The translations under genes and the position numbers were made by a program. From Candidatus Poribacteria bacterium (lineage in GTDB: Bacteria > Poribacteria > WGA-4E > WGA-3G): DNA of 64,000 nucleotides. The stretch is taken from NCBI GenBank assembly GCA_963665235.2, contig CAXXLX010000001.1:3296001-3360000 (forward strand), given 5' to 3'. This document shows, one piece after another, positions 19,841 to 29,060 of the stretch. Below the pieces are notes generated by a model, which saw nothing but the letters and a program-made list of their open reading frames with translations, was not told the origin of the DNA and made no database searches. How positions within the stretch are numbered: the first letter of the stretch is position 1; each line of letters opens with the position of its first letter.

Positions 19841-20560
19841 TTACATGTCAATTGCAATCCGAAACCCGACGTTATGAACAGCGCGAATCGGTTCATACGC
19901 GGCGCGATTCGCACAACGTGCCGCAAACTCACCCCGCGGCACCCATGAACCACCACGAATCACCTTCCGTCTACCTTCAACCGCGCCCATCGGATTATCC
20001 GAAGGCGAATATTTGTAGGTCTCCGCATGAAACCAATCGCTGCACCAATCGTACGCGTTGCCTGCCATATCGTAGCATCCATAAGGACTGACACCCTGCG
20101 GATAACTGCCAACCGGCATCAGTTTTTTGATCTTAGATTCTGATGTGTTTGTCCTACTTGCATCCCAGGTGTTGCCCCATGGATATTCCCTGCCATCGGT
20201 ACCGCGCGCCGCCTTCTCCCATTCCGCCTCCGTGGGCAAACGGTACGACTCACCAGTCACGGTCCGGAGCCACGTTAAAAAGTTGGTCGCATCGTACCAA
20301 GTCACCCCGACAACAGGACAATCTTCACCGTTGAAACGTTCATCTGTCCAAAACAGCGGAGGGGGATACCCTGTTGTTTCAACAAATTGGGTGTACTGTG
20401 TATTGGTCACATGATAGGTGCCGATGGCATAAGCGTCAAGTGTAACGCTGCGCTGCGGCTCCTCCGGGTCGGTCTTCCGCAGCCCTGTCGGAATAGTTCC
20501 CATCGTAAACGCCCCGGCAGAAATGCAGCTTAGAGGGTAATTGAGCTCTTTGACTAGCAT
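19841..20560 (-). CDS. Formylglycine-generating enzyme (SUMF1/FGE-sulfatase) family protein
   Basis: RLPTEAEWEKAARG, YPWG, YDMAGN, RGGSW, GFR. Confidence 0.9.
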   Translation of the reverse strand: MLVKELNYPLSCISAGAFTMGTIPTGLRKTDPEEPQRSVTLDAYAIGTYHVTNTQYTQFVETTGYPPPLFWTDERFNGEDCPVVGVTWYDATNFLTWLRTVTGESYRLPTEAEWEKAARGTDGREYPWGNTWDASRTNTSESKIKKLMPVGSYPQGVSPYGCYDMAGNAYDWCSDWFHAETYKYSPSDNPMGAVEGRRKVIRGGSWVPRGEFAARCANRAAYEPIRAVHNVGFRIAIDM

Positions 20561-20671
20561 AATGTGTTTATTAATTTCGATGCCATACTCACAAAATATT
20601 CGCTAAAATCCCCGATTCTACAAAAAATGCACATTCTTTCGCAAAATTCGGTAAAAAAAGTGCATTTTAAT

Positions 20672-20700
20672 TTGCAATTCGGTACAAAATAGGGTATAAT
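20672..20700 (+). promoter_or_regulatory. Sigma-70-type promoter of tRNA-Asn
   Basis: TTGCAA-N17-TATAAT ending 15 nt before the tRNA. Confidence 0.65.
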
Positions 20701-20715
20701 TAAACAGATTCACAA

Positions 20716-20788
20716 TCCCCTATAGCTCAGTTGGTAGAGCAGATGGCTGTTAACCATCGTGTCGGCGGTTCGAGTCCGTCTGGGGGAG
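20716..20788 (+). tRNA. tRNA-Asn(GTT), CCA not encoded
   Basis: Acceptor stem TCCCCTA/TGGGGGA, D-arm GCTCAGTTGGTAGAGC, anticodon loop CTGTTAA, T-loop GGTTCGAGTCC. Confidence 0.96.
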
Positions 20789-20909
20789 TTTCAAATGTTG
20801 CTGATGGATTTTGCACTTCAAAGTTCATCAGCAATTTCCTTTTAAGGTCACCTATTCTCCTCCACTTAGGTGCCAGGTGACTTCCCCTGCCTTAGAGAGA
20901 TTCTACTGT

Positions 20910-22040
20910 TCATTTTCTGAGCACACCGTCTGGATTCAGGAAAAGGGACACGTTTTGCAAAAACCTGCCAAACCCCACACGATACACAGGCAGTAAAAAC
21001 GCCTTGAGTTCACCCCATTGCATAGGCTGTTTATCTTGGGGGGACACCGCTTGTGCCGTATCGCTTATCCAATCCGCATACTTGTCATTCGCGGGGTGTG
21101 TAGCTAAGGGTGTAATCTGCTCCGTCGCAATATCGTATCTATAAATATCGAACGTTCGTTCCGGGTCGTCCCATGCTTGTTGAATATCAAAATCTGCGTC
21201 AGCACTCAACAAGACTGCTTTACCGTTATCCATCCAATCCAATGAATGCACTAACCAATCTTTTGGAACATTCAGCTGCTGGAGGGTATCACCCTTGCTA
21301 TTACTTATGATAATCCGAAATGCTATTGGGAAAAATGCCCACCCACCGTTATTCAGTTGTTTTATTACATTCTCAGCTTCATCTACGAAATACAGTATCT
21401 GTTTACCGTTTGGTGAAATACTTGCGTAGAGTCTTTCCTGCCGTGTTTCTTCAGGTATTGGGGGCAGCAGTCCACGCACATTCTTGCCATCCGCATCCAT
21501 GACGTAGACATTGACCCCATCTGCGTTCTCAACTCTGGGCACGCCTGAAAAGGTAATATGTTTGCCATCTGGTGTAAACACAGCATCTCTCACAGCACGG
21601 TTGGAGATCTCTTTGACCGCCCCGCTTTCAAGATTTAGCAAACAGAGACAGTGTTTCCTATTTTCGTCGTTTATTCTATCATATCTTGTAAACAGGACAG
21701 ACTTGCCATCTGGTGAGAACGAGGGCCACGTATCCCAGCCGTTCGGACGGGGTTCTGTGAGTTGCCGTTCATTGGTGCCATCTGCATTTATAATGAAGAG
21801 ATGCCATCGCTGGGTATCGCGCAAATTCACACGCCGATCGAAAACAATCTGTTTGCCATCCGGCGACCACCGAGGACGACCGTCTGACAGCGGGTTATTT
21901 GTCAACCTTCGGATGTTGCTGCCATCGTCATTCATCACGTAGATTTCGGAATTCCCATCGCGATTAGACCGAAAAACGATTTTCGCATTCGCAATTGGTG
22001 CCAGAAATAAGGTAAGACATAAGGTTGCTAATATTCGCAT
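20910..22040 (-). CDS. TolB-like (PD40) beta-propeller exported protein
   Basis: Signal peptide from ATG 22040 with RBS AAGGAG; repeated WSPDGKQIVF / FSPDGK blades; C-terminal AVSPQDKQPMQWGELK motif. Confidence 0.85.
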   Translation of the reverse strand: MRILATLCLTLFLAPIANAKIVFRSNRDGNSEIYVMNDDGSNIRRLTNNPLSDGRPRWSPDGKQIVFDRRVNLRDTQRWHLFIINADGTNERQLTEPRPNGWDTWPSFSPDGKSVLFTRYDRINDENRKHCLCLLNLESGAVKEISNRAVRDAVFTPDGKHITFSGVPRVENADGVNVYVMDADGKNVRGLLPPIPEETRQERLYASISPNGKQILYFVDEAENVIKQLNNGGWAFFPIAFRIIISNSKGDTLQQLNVPKDWLVHSLDWMDNGKAVLLSADADFDIQQAWDDPERTFDIYRYDIATEQITPLATHPANDKYADWISDTAQAVSPQDKQPMQWGELKAFLLPVYRVGFGRFLQNVSLFLNPDGVLRK

Positions 22041-22104
22041 TGAAGCACTCCTTGGGTAGAGAGGGGTGCCATAGTAGGAACCCCTCGGAACACCAAATGT
22101 TATC

Positions 22105-23154
22105 TTAATCATTCTCAATGTCAAACGTTTCGGTGCTTGTTGCTGTGGCCCCCTCACCTTTGCTTTCAATACGTGTATAGGCCCAGGACTCGTGGGGTCC
22201 TGCTCCACGTATAGAGACAGGGAAATCATGTTCTGGAGGGGCTTCAAACATGGCGAAAATTCCCTCTTTGATCAAAATGCCCGTTTTCGTACCATCTGGA
22301 TATGTCACTTCGCGCTTGTACCGGTAAGTTAAAATACCCTTTCCCGTGGGGGTATAAGCCCCGACTTGGTGCGTAGCGATGATGCTTCCATTTTCATAAA
22401 AGTGTCGATTGATTGCGGCCATAAAGATGATACCTTCATCTGAAGTACGGTGCTCCACAATAGGTTTATAGATCAGAATATCATAGGACTCAGTAACAAA
22501 GGCAAAATCACCGTTTACGTCTTTATACCAAACTTTTGCCATGAGCGGATGAGTTTCACCGGTAATGCTACCAAATAGGTTGGGACCGGAGAAAGTAAAT
22601 TCAACACTTGTAAAGACATTATTGCCCAAGCTTGTGTATTGGTAAATCCCATCAAGATACCAATCAACGCTCATATAAGGTTCTGATGTTTCCACATAAG
22701 TCCTGTGAGATTCACCCCCTCTCCAATTGTAGTAATAATCGGACGCATAAACGGGCCGCATTTTCACAATCTGAAAGGGTAAAAAAACAGTAAGGGTAAA
22801 GAAGTCGGTATCACTCCCGTCTCCATCCCACGGATACGCAATTGCTTTTATGACATAATCCGTGCCTGCGGCACTCCCACTCAGGAAGTAAGGTTGGAAA
22901 GTCGCTTCTGTTTTGATACCATCGCCAGAACTCGTTTCACGTAAAACGTTATCTACATACCATTCAATCCGGGAGTATGGCACATCCGTTTTCACCATCT
23001 CAGTATGCACCAAATATCTGTTATAAATCTGAGTAACTTCGTATGACCCATCCGTGGGGGCCATCTGCTCAATATTGATAGCATCGCTGATGCCCACGAA
23101 ACTAAATAAACATAGAGTGATCGCGGATGCAATCAACGTTGTTTGGAATTTCAT
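22105..23154 (-). CDS. Exported hypothetical protein with two Ig-like internal repeats
   Basis: AGGAG RBS then MKFQTTLIASAITLCLFSFVG signal; repeats ..PY..I/VEWY.D....S.G....T...F...L.GS..G. Confidence 0.65.
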   Translation of the reverse strand: MKFQTTLIASAITLCLFSFVGISDAINIEQMAPTDGSYEVTQIYNRYLVHTEMVKTDVPYSRIEWYVDNVLRETSSGDGIKTEATFQPYFLSGSAAGTDYVIKAIAYPWDGDGSDTDFFTLTVFLPFQIVKMRPVYASDYYYNWRGGESHRTYVETSEPYMSVDWYLDGIYQYTSLGNNVFTSVEFTFSGPNLFGSITGETHPLMAKVWYKDVNGDFAFVTESYDILIYKPIVEHRTSDEGIIFMAAINRHFYENGSIIATHQVGAYTPTGKGILTYRYKREVTYPDGTKTGILIKEGIFAMFEAPPEHDFPVSIRGAGPHESWAYTRIESKGEGATATSTETFDIEND

Positions 23155-23400
23155 CTGTATTCTCCTATTGGCTCCCCACACCCAATTGAGGTTATCTGAA
23201 TGCACGTTATTAGCATTCGGCAGGGGCCGGTATTTAAAAGTCAACGCTTAAACTAAAATCGCACTTACTTTTTACATGAACCAACACTTCTATTACAACA
23301 TGATAGACGATGGATCGCCCTACTGCAAACTATCACAAAGGTTTATAGAATAGCAAACGACAAAACTCGCAGTATACAGAGTCGGGGGCAACATGACTTT

Positions 23401-23421
23401 GTACCAAAACTTTACACACTC
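23401..23421 (-). mobile_element. Orphan terminal inverted repeat of the Mutator/IS256-like family seen at 30933-32314
   Basis: Reverse complement GAGTGTGTAAAGTTTTGGTAC vs GGGTGTGTAAAGTTTTTGTAC (19/21). Confidence 0.55.
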
Positions 23422-23588
23422 GCGTAAGTCCTGCTCCCCTTAGTTATCTTTGTGTTTTCTGAGAAAATCCTCCAACCAAGCATCCGGGTCACGTCCGAAG
23501 CGGCGAAGGAGCTGACAGCCAATCCGCTTCACAAACTTAGGTATCAGATTAAAACATTTAATTTGCCAACTCATAGCGGTTTCCCAAT

Positions 23589-24710
23589 TCACGATAAAGC
23601 CTCGCCTGTCCCTTTATCAAAAAGATGAATCCGTTCAGGCACAAACGTAACGTAGACGTACTCCCCAATTTTCGCCTCAAAGTTAGGCACTGTACGAGAT
23701 TTGAGAATCTTATGCGTACCGGCACCATCTGTGCCGACCGTTAGCTCAACTATCGTTTCCGCGCCGAGCGGTTCAACGCTATAGACCTCAACTTGAAACG
23801 CATTCGGTGCAGCTTGATGACTGACGAGCACATCCTCAGGATGTACACCGAAAACCGTCCCGTTGTTCAGAGCGTTTCCATTAACAATTCCCTCGATACG
23901 AGCATCTTGAACAGCAAACGAATTGTTTTCACCCCCGGCTAACGTCAAACGAAGCTGGCCATCGACGCTATCGATTTCACACGGAACACAGTTCATGCTT
24001 GGATTGCCGATGAAACCCGCCACAAACAGGTTCGTTGGGTGATTGTAAATATCGGAGGGTGTCCCCAACTGCTGAATCTTACCCGCTTCAAGCACAGCGA
24101 TACGGTCTGCCATAGACATAGCTTCAACCTGGTCATGCGTGACATAAAACGTAGTTGTGCCGAGTTCGCGTTGCCGCCACCTGATTTCAGCCCGCATTTC
24201 GGCACGGAGTTTCGCATCGAGGTTAGAGATAGGCTCATCCATGAGGAACACCTGCGGCCGTCGCACCATGGCTCTACCGAGCCCAACGCGCTGCGTTTCG
24301 CCACCGCTCAACTGATTCGGCATCCGCATCAGCAGATGCTCAATATGGAGCATGTGTGCAATATCCTTGACGCGCCGATCGATTTCTTCAACCGAAAGTT
24401 TCCGAGGATGCAACGGAAACGCCATGTTCTCGTAAACAGTCAGATGCGGATAGAGAATATGCGATTGAAACACAAAGGCGACATCGCGTTCAGCAGGCGT
24501 TTTGTCGTTGACGCGGACATCGTCTAAATAGATGCTGCCCACCTCCGGTGTGTCCAAACCAGCGATACACCGCAGCGTTGTCGTTTTCCCCGCCCCTGTC
24601 TGGCCGAGCAGCACAAAGAATTCCTCGTCATCGACATCCACTGTGATGTCATCCAAGGCGATAAGCGTGCCAAACCTTTTTGTAACGTTTTCTAATTTTA
24701 CTGTTGCCAT
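23589..24710 (-). CDS. Sugar ABC transporter ATP-binding protein (MalK/UgpC-like)
   Basis: GQTGAGKTT, LSGGETQRV, MDEP, VTHDQVEAM, C-terminal TOBE region. Confidence 0.92.
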   Translation of the reverse strand: MATVKLENVTKRFGTLIALDDITVDVDDEEFFVLLGQTGAGKTTTLRCIAGLDTPEVGSIYLDDVRVNDKTPAERDVAFVFQSHILYPHLTVYENMAFPLHPRKLSVEEIDRRVKDIAHMLHIEHLLMRMPNQLSGGETQRVGLGRAMVRRPQVFLMDEPISNLDAKLRAEMRAEIRWRQRELGTTTFYVTHDQVEAMSMADRIAVLEAGKIQQLGTPSDIYNHPTNLFVAGFIGNPSMNCVPCEIDSVDGQLRLTLAGGENNSFAVQDARIEGIVNGNALNNGTVFGVHPEDVLVSHQAAPNAFQVEVYSVEPLGAETIVELTVGTDGAGTHKILKSRTVPNFEAKIGEYVYVTFVPERIHLFDKGTGEALS

Positions 24711-24744
24711 AGTGATATGCAATTCTAAATTTGAGTATACCTCT

Positions 24745-24774
24745 ATTATCACATGAATCGCGATTCAATGTCAA
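24745..24774 (-). promoter_or_regulatory. Sigma-70-type promoter of the ABC ATPase gene
   Basis: Minus strand TTGACA-N18-GATAAT. Confidence 0.5.
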
Positions 24775-25032
24775 TGAAAAATTGGGGTGTGTCCAGTTTT
24801 TGTCGAAGGGACGGTTGGAAGGGGCGAAGGACGGCTTGTCCGTACTACGGCGTTTGTATGCGCGCTTGTGTGTTGTCAGAATCGCGGATTATGATGGATT
24901 TATAAGTGGTTTTGTGCTTAAGGACATCGCGTTTTTTGCCTATATGCAGATGCCAGCATTTTCGCCTAAGTGTGGCGTTTGTAGCGACGCATCATGCAGA
25001 ATGCGCGTACGGCATTCTGCATGTGCATTCTG

Positions 25033-26007
25033 CTAATCTATTCGCTTGAGTTGCCCCCATCGGACAGCAAGTTTGCTTACGGGTGTTACTGCAAGAGCCG
25101 CATCATCTATCCAATCCGGAAAACCGTCGTTAGTTCTATCTGATTTCGTGAGATTGACTATTTCATCGGTGTTGAGTGTATACCGATAGATATCACTCTG
25201 CCCCCCATTCGGGGCTTTGTAGTTTTCTATGGCATCAATAAGAACATGTTTCGTCCCCATCCAACAAGCAGATTGTATTAACCATTTCGCAAGCGAGGGC
25301 ATTTCTATTTCCTTTACCAAACGCCCATCAACGGTGCAAATGACAACTTTGTTTGAAATCAGCAGTTTGCCCGCGGATTTTGATGTGCAATATAGAATAT
25401 GTTTCCCATCCGGCGACCAGTCGGGAGAATAGTGCTGTGCGACCACGGGGGGGAAGAGAGGCCGTGGGTTTTTACCATCCGCACCTATGATGTAGATAGC
25501 GGATTGGAAAGGGTTTAGATTCTTGCCTACATAGGCAATCCGTTTCCCATCAGGGGACCAAGCCGCACTCCCCGCCGATTGCCCCTCCATGACGCGTGTG
25601 AGTTCACGCACTTCTTGTGTTTCAACCTCCATGATATGAAGACTCCAGGCATCACTTCGCGTGCTTGAAAAGACTATGTGTTGACTATCGGGGGACCAGT
25701 CAGGGTTCACATCAAGCCCAGTGTAGGGCGTGAGCTTCCGGACTTGTGTGCCATCTATATTCATAATGAACAGATCATGGTTCTGTTCATTGGTTTCTCT
25801 CTCCTGTTCGCGTTCAAAAACAATCCACTTCCCGTTAGGGGACCAGGATGGGCTTGCGTCATAGATTTTATCATAAGTCAATCTTTGGCGGTTGCTGCCA
25901 TCATCGTCCATGACACAGATTTCCCAGAACGCCATCCACACGATTTTTGCGGTGGCAAAGGGAGTAATACACAGGAGGAGGACGCTGAGAATAAAAAGAA
26001 TACGCAC
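25033..26007 (-). CDS. TolB-like (PD40) beta-propeller exported protein
   Basis: Signal peptide; WSPNGK/WSPDS/WSPDGK blades; C-terminal AVTPVSKLAVRWGQLK motif. Confidence 0.88.
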   Translation of the reverse strand: MRILFILSVLLLCITPFATAKIVWMAFWEICVMDDDGSNRQRLTYDKIYDASPSWSPNGKWIVFEREQERETNEQNHDLFIMNIDGTQVRKLTPYTGLDVNPDWSPDSQHIVFSSTRSDAWSLHIMEVETQEVRELTRVMEGQSAGSAAWSPDGKRIAYVGKNLNPFQSAIYIIGADGKNPRPLFPPVVAQHYSPDWSPDGKHILYCTSKSAGKLLISNKVVICTVDGRLVKEIEMPSLAKWLIQSACWMGTKHVLIDAIENYKAPNGGQSDIYRYTLNTDEIVNLTKSDRTNDGFPDWIDDAALAVTPVSKLAVRWGQLKRID

Positions 26008-26079
26008 TGTTTTTTCTCCTATAGCTGAATGGGATGTTTCCCTTCACGTGAGAATGTGAAGGGAAACATCTGCATTATT

Positions 26080-26625
26080 TTACCACGGGGGGCCTGGTGG
26101 ACGTCTATGCAAAAAACGCACACTGTTTTTGCAGTCCTTCCAGGAAAACCTATCCTTAAAACCCTCGTCCGTAAAATCCGCATCAATGCGGGTATACGCG
26201 GTCATGTGGTAGTGTCTACCGTTTGGCCCAGCTGGTAGGTCGTTTACGTCCACCCAGAGCGTTTCAGATTCATCGAGACTCTTTGGCATAGCTTGAGTCT
26301 TCGGATCGAATTCAGTCAGAAGCCTAGGACCATATCGCGGATTCGCCTGATACCGCGCGTCCTCGTCGACAACCAGCCGGTATGCCCAATAAACGGTGAA
26401 AGTCTCCTTTTCATCTTCATAGTAGTGATAGCAAACGACGGAGTGGTCACTACTAATATAAGCTCGCCCGAAGACCATGAAAGGCCAATAGGTGAGATTG
26501 CTTACCGAAGCTCGTGCGTAGATGTAGGCCTCATCATCTTCATTGATAGAAAACGACGCTTCGGCCTTTAGATTGTCACAATGTGCGAAAACAAAATGTG
26601 TACCGCTGATGAGGAATAGCACCAT
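26080..26625 (-). CDS. Exported hypothetical protein
   Basis: Signal-like N-terminus ending VFAHC; no recognisable family; start codon uncertain. Confidence 0.55.
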   Translation of the reverse strand: MVLFLISGTHFVFAHCDNLKAEASFSINEDDEAYIYARASVSNLTYWPFMVFGRAYISSDHSVVCYHYYEDEKETFTVYWAYRLVVDEDARYQANPRYGPRLLTEFDPKTQAMPKSLDESETLWVDVNDLPAGPNGRHYHMTAYTRIDADFTDEGFKDRFSWKDCKNSVRFLHRRPPGPPW

Positions 26626-26824
26626 AAGTGTGTGAATAAAAAACGTTTTGATTGTAAAGCTCCTTCTTTAATATAGGTTTTTGCCTCTATTTGAAGATGA
26701 GTCGTTTCTATTTCAATCCTATACAAGAAATGCCTCATTACTTAATAAACATTTTAACATCGTGTGGATGTCGAACATCCATCTGCAACCCACTAAAACC
26801 GGAGCGGGTTGTTTCAGTATTACG

Positions 26825-26840
26825 TGCAATTTTCGTGCCA
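26825..26840 (-). promoter_or_regulatory. Sigma-54 (-24/-12) promoter
   Basis: Minus strand TGGCACGAAAATTGCA, an exact GG-N10-GC consensus match. Confidence 0.75.
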
Positions 26841-26941
26841 ACTCCCATACTTAGATAGACAGTCCGTATCAAAACCCCTGACATCACAAGGATATTTCTC
26901 TAGGTGTTGCAATCCCCCCCATACAAAAATTGTTGATAAGC

Positions 26942-26988
26942 TGCACGAAAATGTGCACTTTCTGTTCCAAGCTGCACGATATGGGGCA
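26942..26988. promoter_or_regulatory. Candidate enhancer-binding-protein sites (NtrC-like)
   Basis: TGCACGAAAATGTGCA and GCTGCACGATATGGGGCA, the latter identical at 58152-58169. Confidence 0.55.
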
Positions 26989-27209
26989 AATTAGGCAGTG
27001 AGCTGTCTGTCCCTCTTTCTACCTATCCCTTTGACAAAAATTTTATACATCCGCTCTTCTGAGGAGACTTTTGAATATCCGTGGCAACAATCATTTATAC
27101 AAAAACTGGACATACCCATCGAAAAAATAGGTGCAATTCTGTAGAATATTAGGTATAATTTAAAGCAGCAGAAAACACACCGCACAATACACTACGGCTG
27201 GAGAAAAAA

Positions 27210-29009
27210 ATGCACAATCGCCAAGAGGCACAACTTAACCTAGACAAAACACCGTCTTTAAGGGACAGAATCGCACGAAAATATGAGCTCACCCCAACAA
27301 TTTCGCTCATCCTCGGCGTGACGACGCTATTTTTCGCACTGTTTCTGATATACCCGCTTCTCTATGTCTTCAAAGAGGCATTTTGGATTGAAAACAAATT
27401 TAATATAGCCTATTTCAAACTGATGATAACCGACCCGAACATCCGGGGATTGATTATCAATAGCCTCACGCTTGGTCTGACAGTCACACTAATGACCAGT
27501 GTCGTCAGCCTCCCGCTCGCCTATTTTCTAACCCGTTATCGGTACCCAGGCCGGAATATGTTGCGTGCGCTCATCCTAATTCCGATGATAATGCCACCCT
27601 TCGTCGGTGCAATCGGCATGCAAGAGTTTTTCGGAAAATACGGCAGTATTAACATGTTTCTCATCAAACTCAAACTGATGGACATCGCTAACCCTATCGA
27701 CTGGTTTGCCGGCGGTTTTTGGGGAGTTGTCCTGCTGTCAACTTTGCATCTGTATCCAATTATGTACTTAAACATCGTTGCAGCGTTAGCAAATGTTGAC
27801 CCGAGCCTAGAGGAAGCCGCAGAAAACCTCGGCGCATCACGGTTTCAAATATTCCGAAAGATTACGTTACCCCTAATGATGCCCGGCTACTTCGCCGGTG
27901 CGATTCTCGTCTTTATCTGGGCTTTCACCGACCTGGGGACACCGCTTATCTTTGAATACAACGAGGTAATCGCTGTTAGAATTTTCCGACAAGTGACAGA
28001 AGCAAGTCAAAATCCGATGGGATATGCTCTCGTCGTACTCATCATTGTCCTAACAGCAATAGCATTTTATGCCTCAAAGCGATGGACCGGCAGTAAACAC
28101 TACGAGATGCTCGGACGCGGACACGTTACCACACGGGAACAGGATACCAACTGGCGCATGCGTAGCCTCATCTATCTGTTCATCGGCGGCTTGACGTTTA
28201 TAGCACTGCTACCGCATATCAGTGTTATCCTCGTCTCCTTAACACCGGACGCAGGGCAGTGGAACATGTCCATCTTTCCGAAATCGCTCACCTTTTCGCA
28301 CTATGTCGAGACGTTCACACATTCCGATACGTTACCGAGCATTCTCAACAGTTTGAAATACAGCATTTTCAGTACACTGCTTGCGCTCCTCGTCGGTGTC
28401 GTAATTGCGTATCTCTTGACGCGTAAACGGCTTCCGTTCCAAAACCTATTAGATGCGGTAGCCATGCTGCCGTTAGCACTGCCCGGGGTTGCAATTGCGT
28501 TCGGATACATGGGCAGCTTTGCGGATACGACACTACTCCTGCGGCATCTGCCAGAAGAAGTGGTCAACTACATCGATCCGAGGAAAAACCCGACTTTCCT
28601 TCTGATTACCGGTTATGCGGTGCGGCGATTACCCTATATGTTACGTTCAATCTACGCCGGTTTCCAGCAAACGAGCGTGACCTACGAAGAGGCATCCCAA
28701 AACATGGGAGCCACCCCGATGCGAACTTTGTATAAAATTACATTACCCCTTGTCATTGCAAACATCCTCGCCGGTGCGATTCTGGTCTTCTCCTTCTCCA
28801 TGCTTGAGGTAAGTGAGAGTCTGATTTTAGCGACACAAAACGAGCATTATCCGATTACAAAAGCGATTTGGTCGCTCTCGCAGCGGCTCGGTGAGGGGGC
28901 ATATATTGCAAGTGCGCTGGGGGTTGTAGGCATGCTAATCTTAATCGCGTGTCTATTAGGTGCATCGCGTGTACTTGGTGGAAAGTTAGGGGAGCTCTTC
29001 CGTATTTAG
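27210..29009 (+). CDS. Iron(III)-type ABC transporter permease (FbpB-like, two permease domains)
   Basis: Two EAA loops (LEEAAENLGA, YEEASQNMGA); PPFVGA motif. Confidence 0.88.
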   Translation: MHNRQEAQLNLDKTPSLRDRIARKYELTPTISLILGVTTLFFALFLIYPLLYVFKEAFWIENKFNIAYFKLMITDPNIRGLIINSLTLGLTVTLMTSVVSLPLAYFLTRYRYPGRNMLRALILIPMIMPPFVGAIGMQEFFGKYGSINMFLIKLKLMDIANPIDWFAGGFWGVVLLSTLHLYPIMYLNIVAALANVDPSLEEAAENLGASRFQIFRKITLPLMMPGYFAGAILVFIWAFTDLGTPLIFEYNEVIAVRIFRQVTEASQNPMGYALVVLIIVLTAIAFYASKRWTGSKHYEMLGRGHVTTREQDTNWRMRSLIYLFIGGLTFIALLPHISVILVSLTPDAGQWNMSIFPKSLTFSHYVETFTHSDTLPSILNSLKYSIFSTLLALLVGVVIAYLLTRKRLPFQNLLDAVAMLPLALPGVAIAFGYMGSFADTTLLLRHLPEEVVNYIDPRKNPTFLLITGYAVRRLPYMLRSIYAGFQQTSVTYEEASQNMGATPMRTLYKITLPLVIANILAGAILVFSFSMLEVSESLILATQNEHYPITKAIWSLSQRLGEGAYIASALGVVGMLILIACLLGASRVLGGKLGELFRI

Positions 29010-29060
29010 CAATTGCGTAGTGTTTGGCTGGCGTTCGGCGGGGCGGCATTGCTTGTCGCA

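Larger units (their letters stand above)
24785..27117. mobile_element. TIR-bounded non-autonomous element carrying two passenger genes
   Basis: Left end GGGTGTGTCCAGTTTTTGT, right end ACAAAAACTGGACATACCC (18/19 inverted match); no clean target duplication; no transposase inside. Confidence 0.6.

Noticed and set aside
19825-19956. N-terminal extensions of ORF-track calls (mutY; also 22247, 23244, 24752, 52570 and 58019 starts)
   Set aside because: They overlap neighbouring genes, promoters or REP hairpins; downstream ATGs with better RBS or signal peptides were preferred.
20789-23430. Integrase-mediated island at tRNA-Asn
   Set aside because: No integrase and no duplicated tRNA 3' end (att site) was seen; only an orphan TIR is present.
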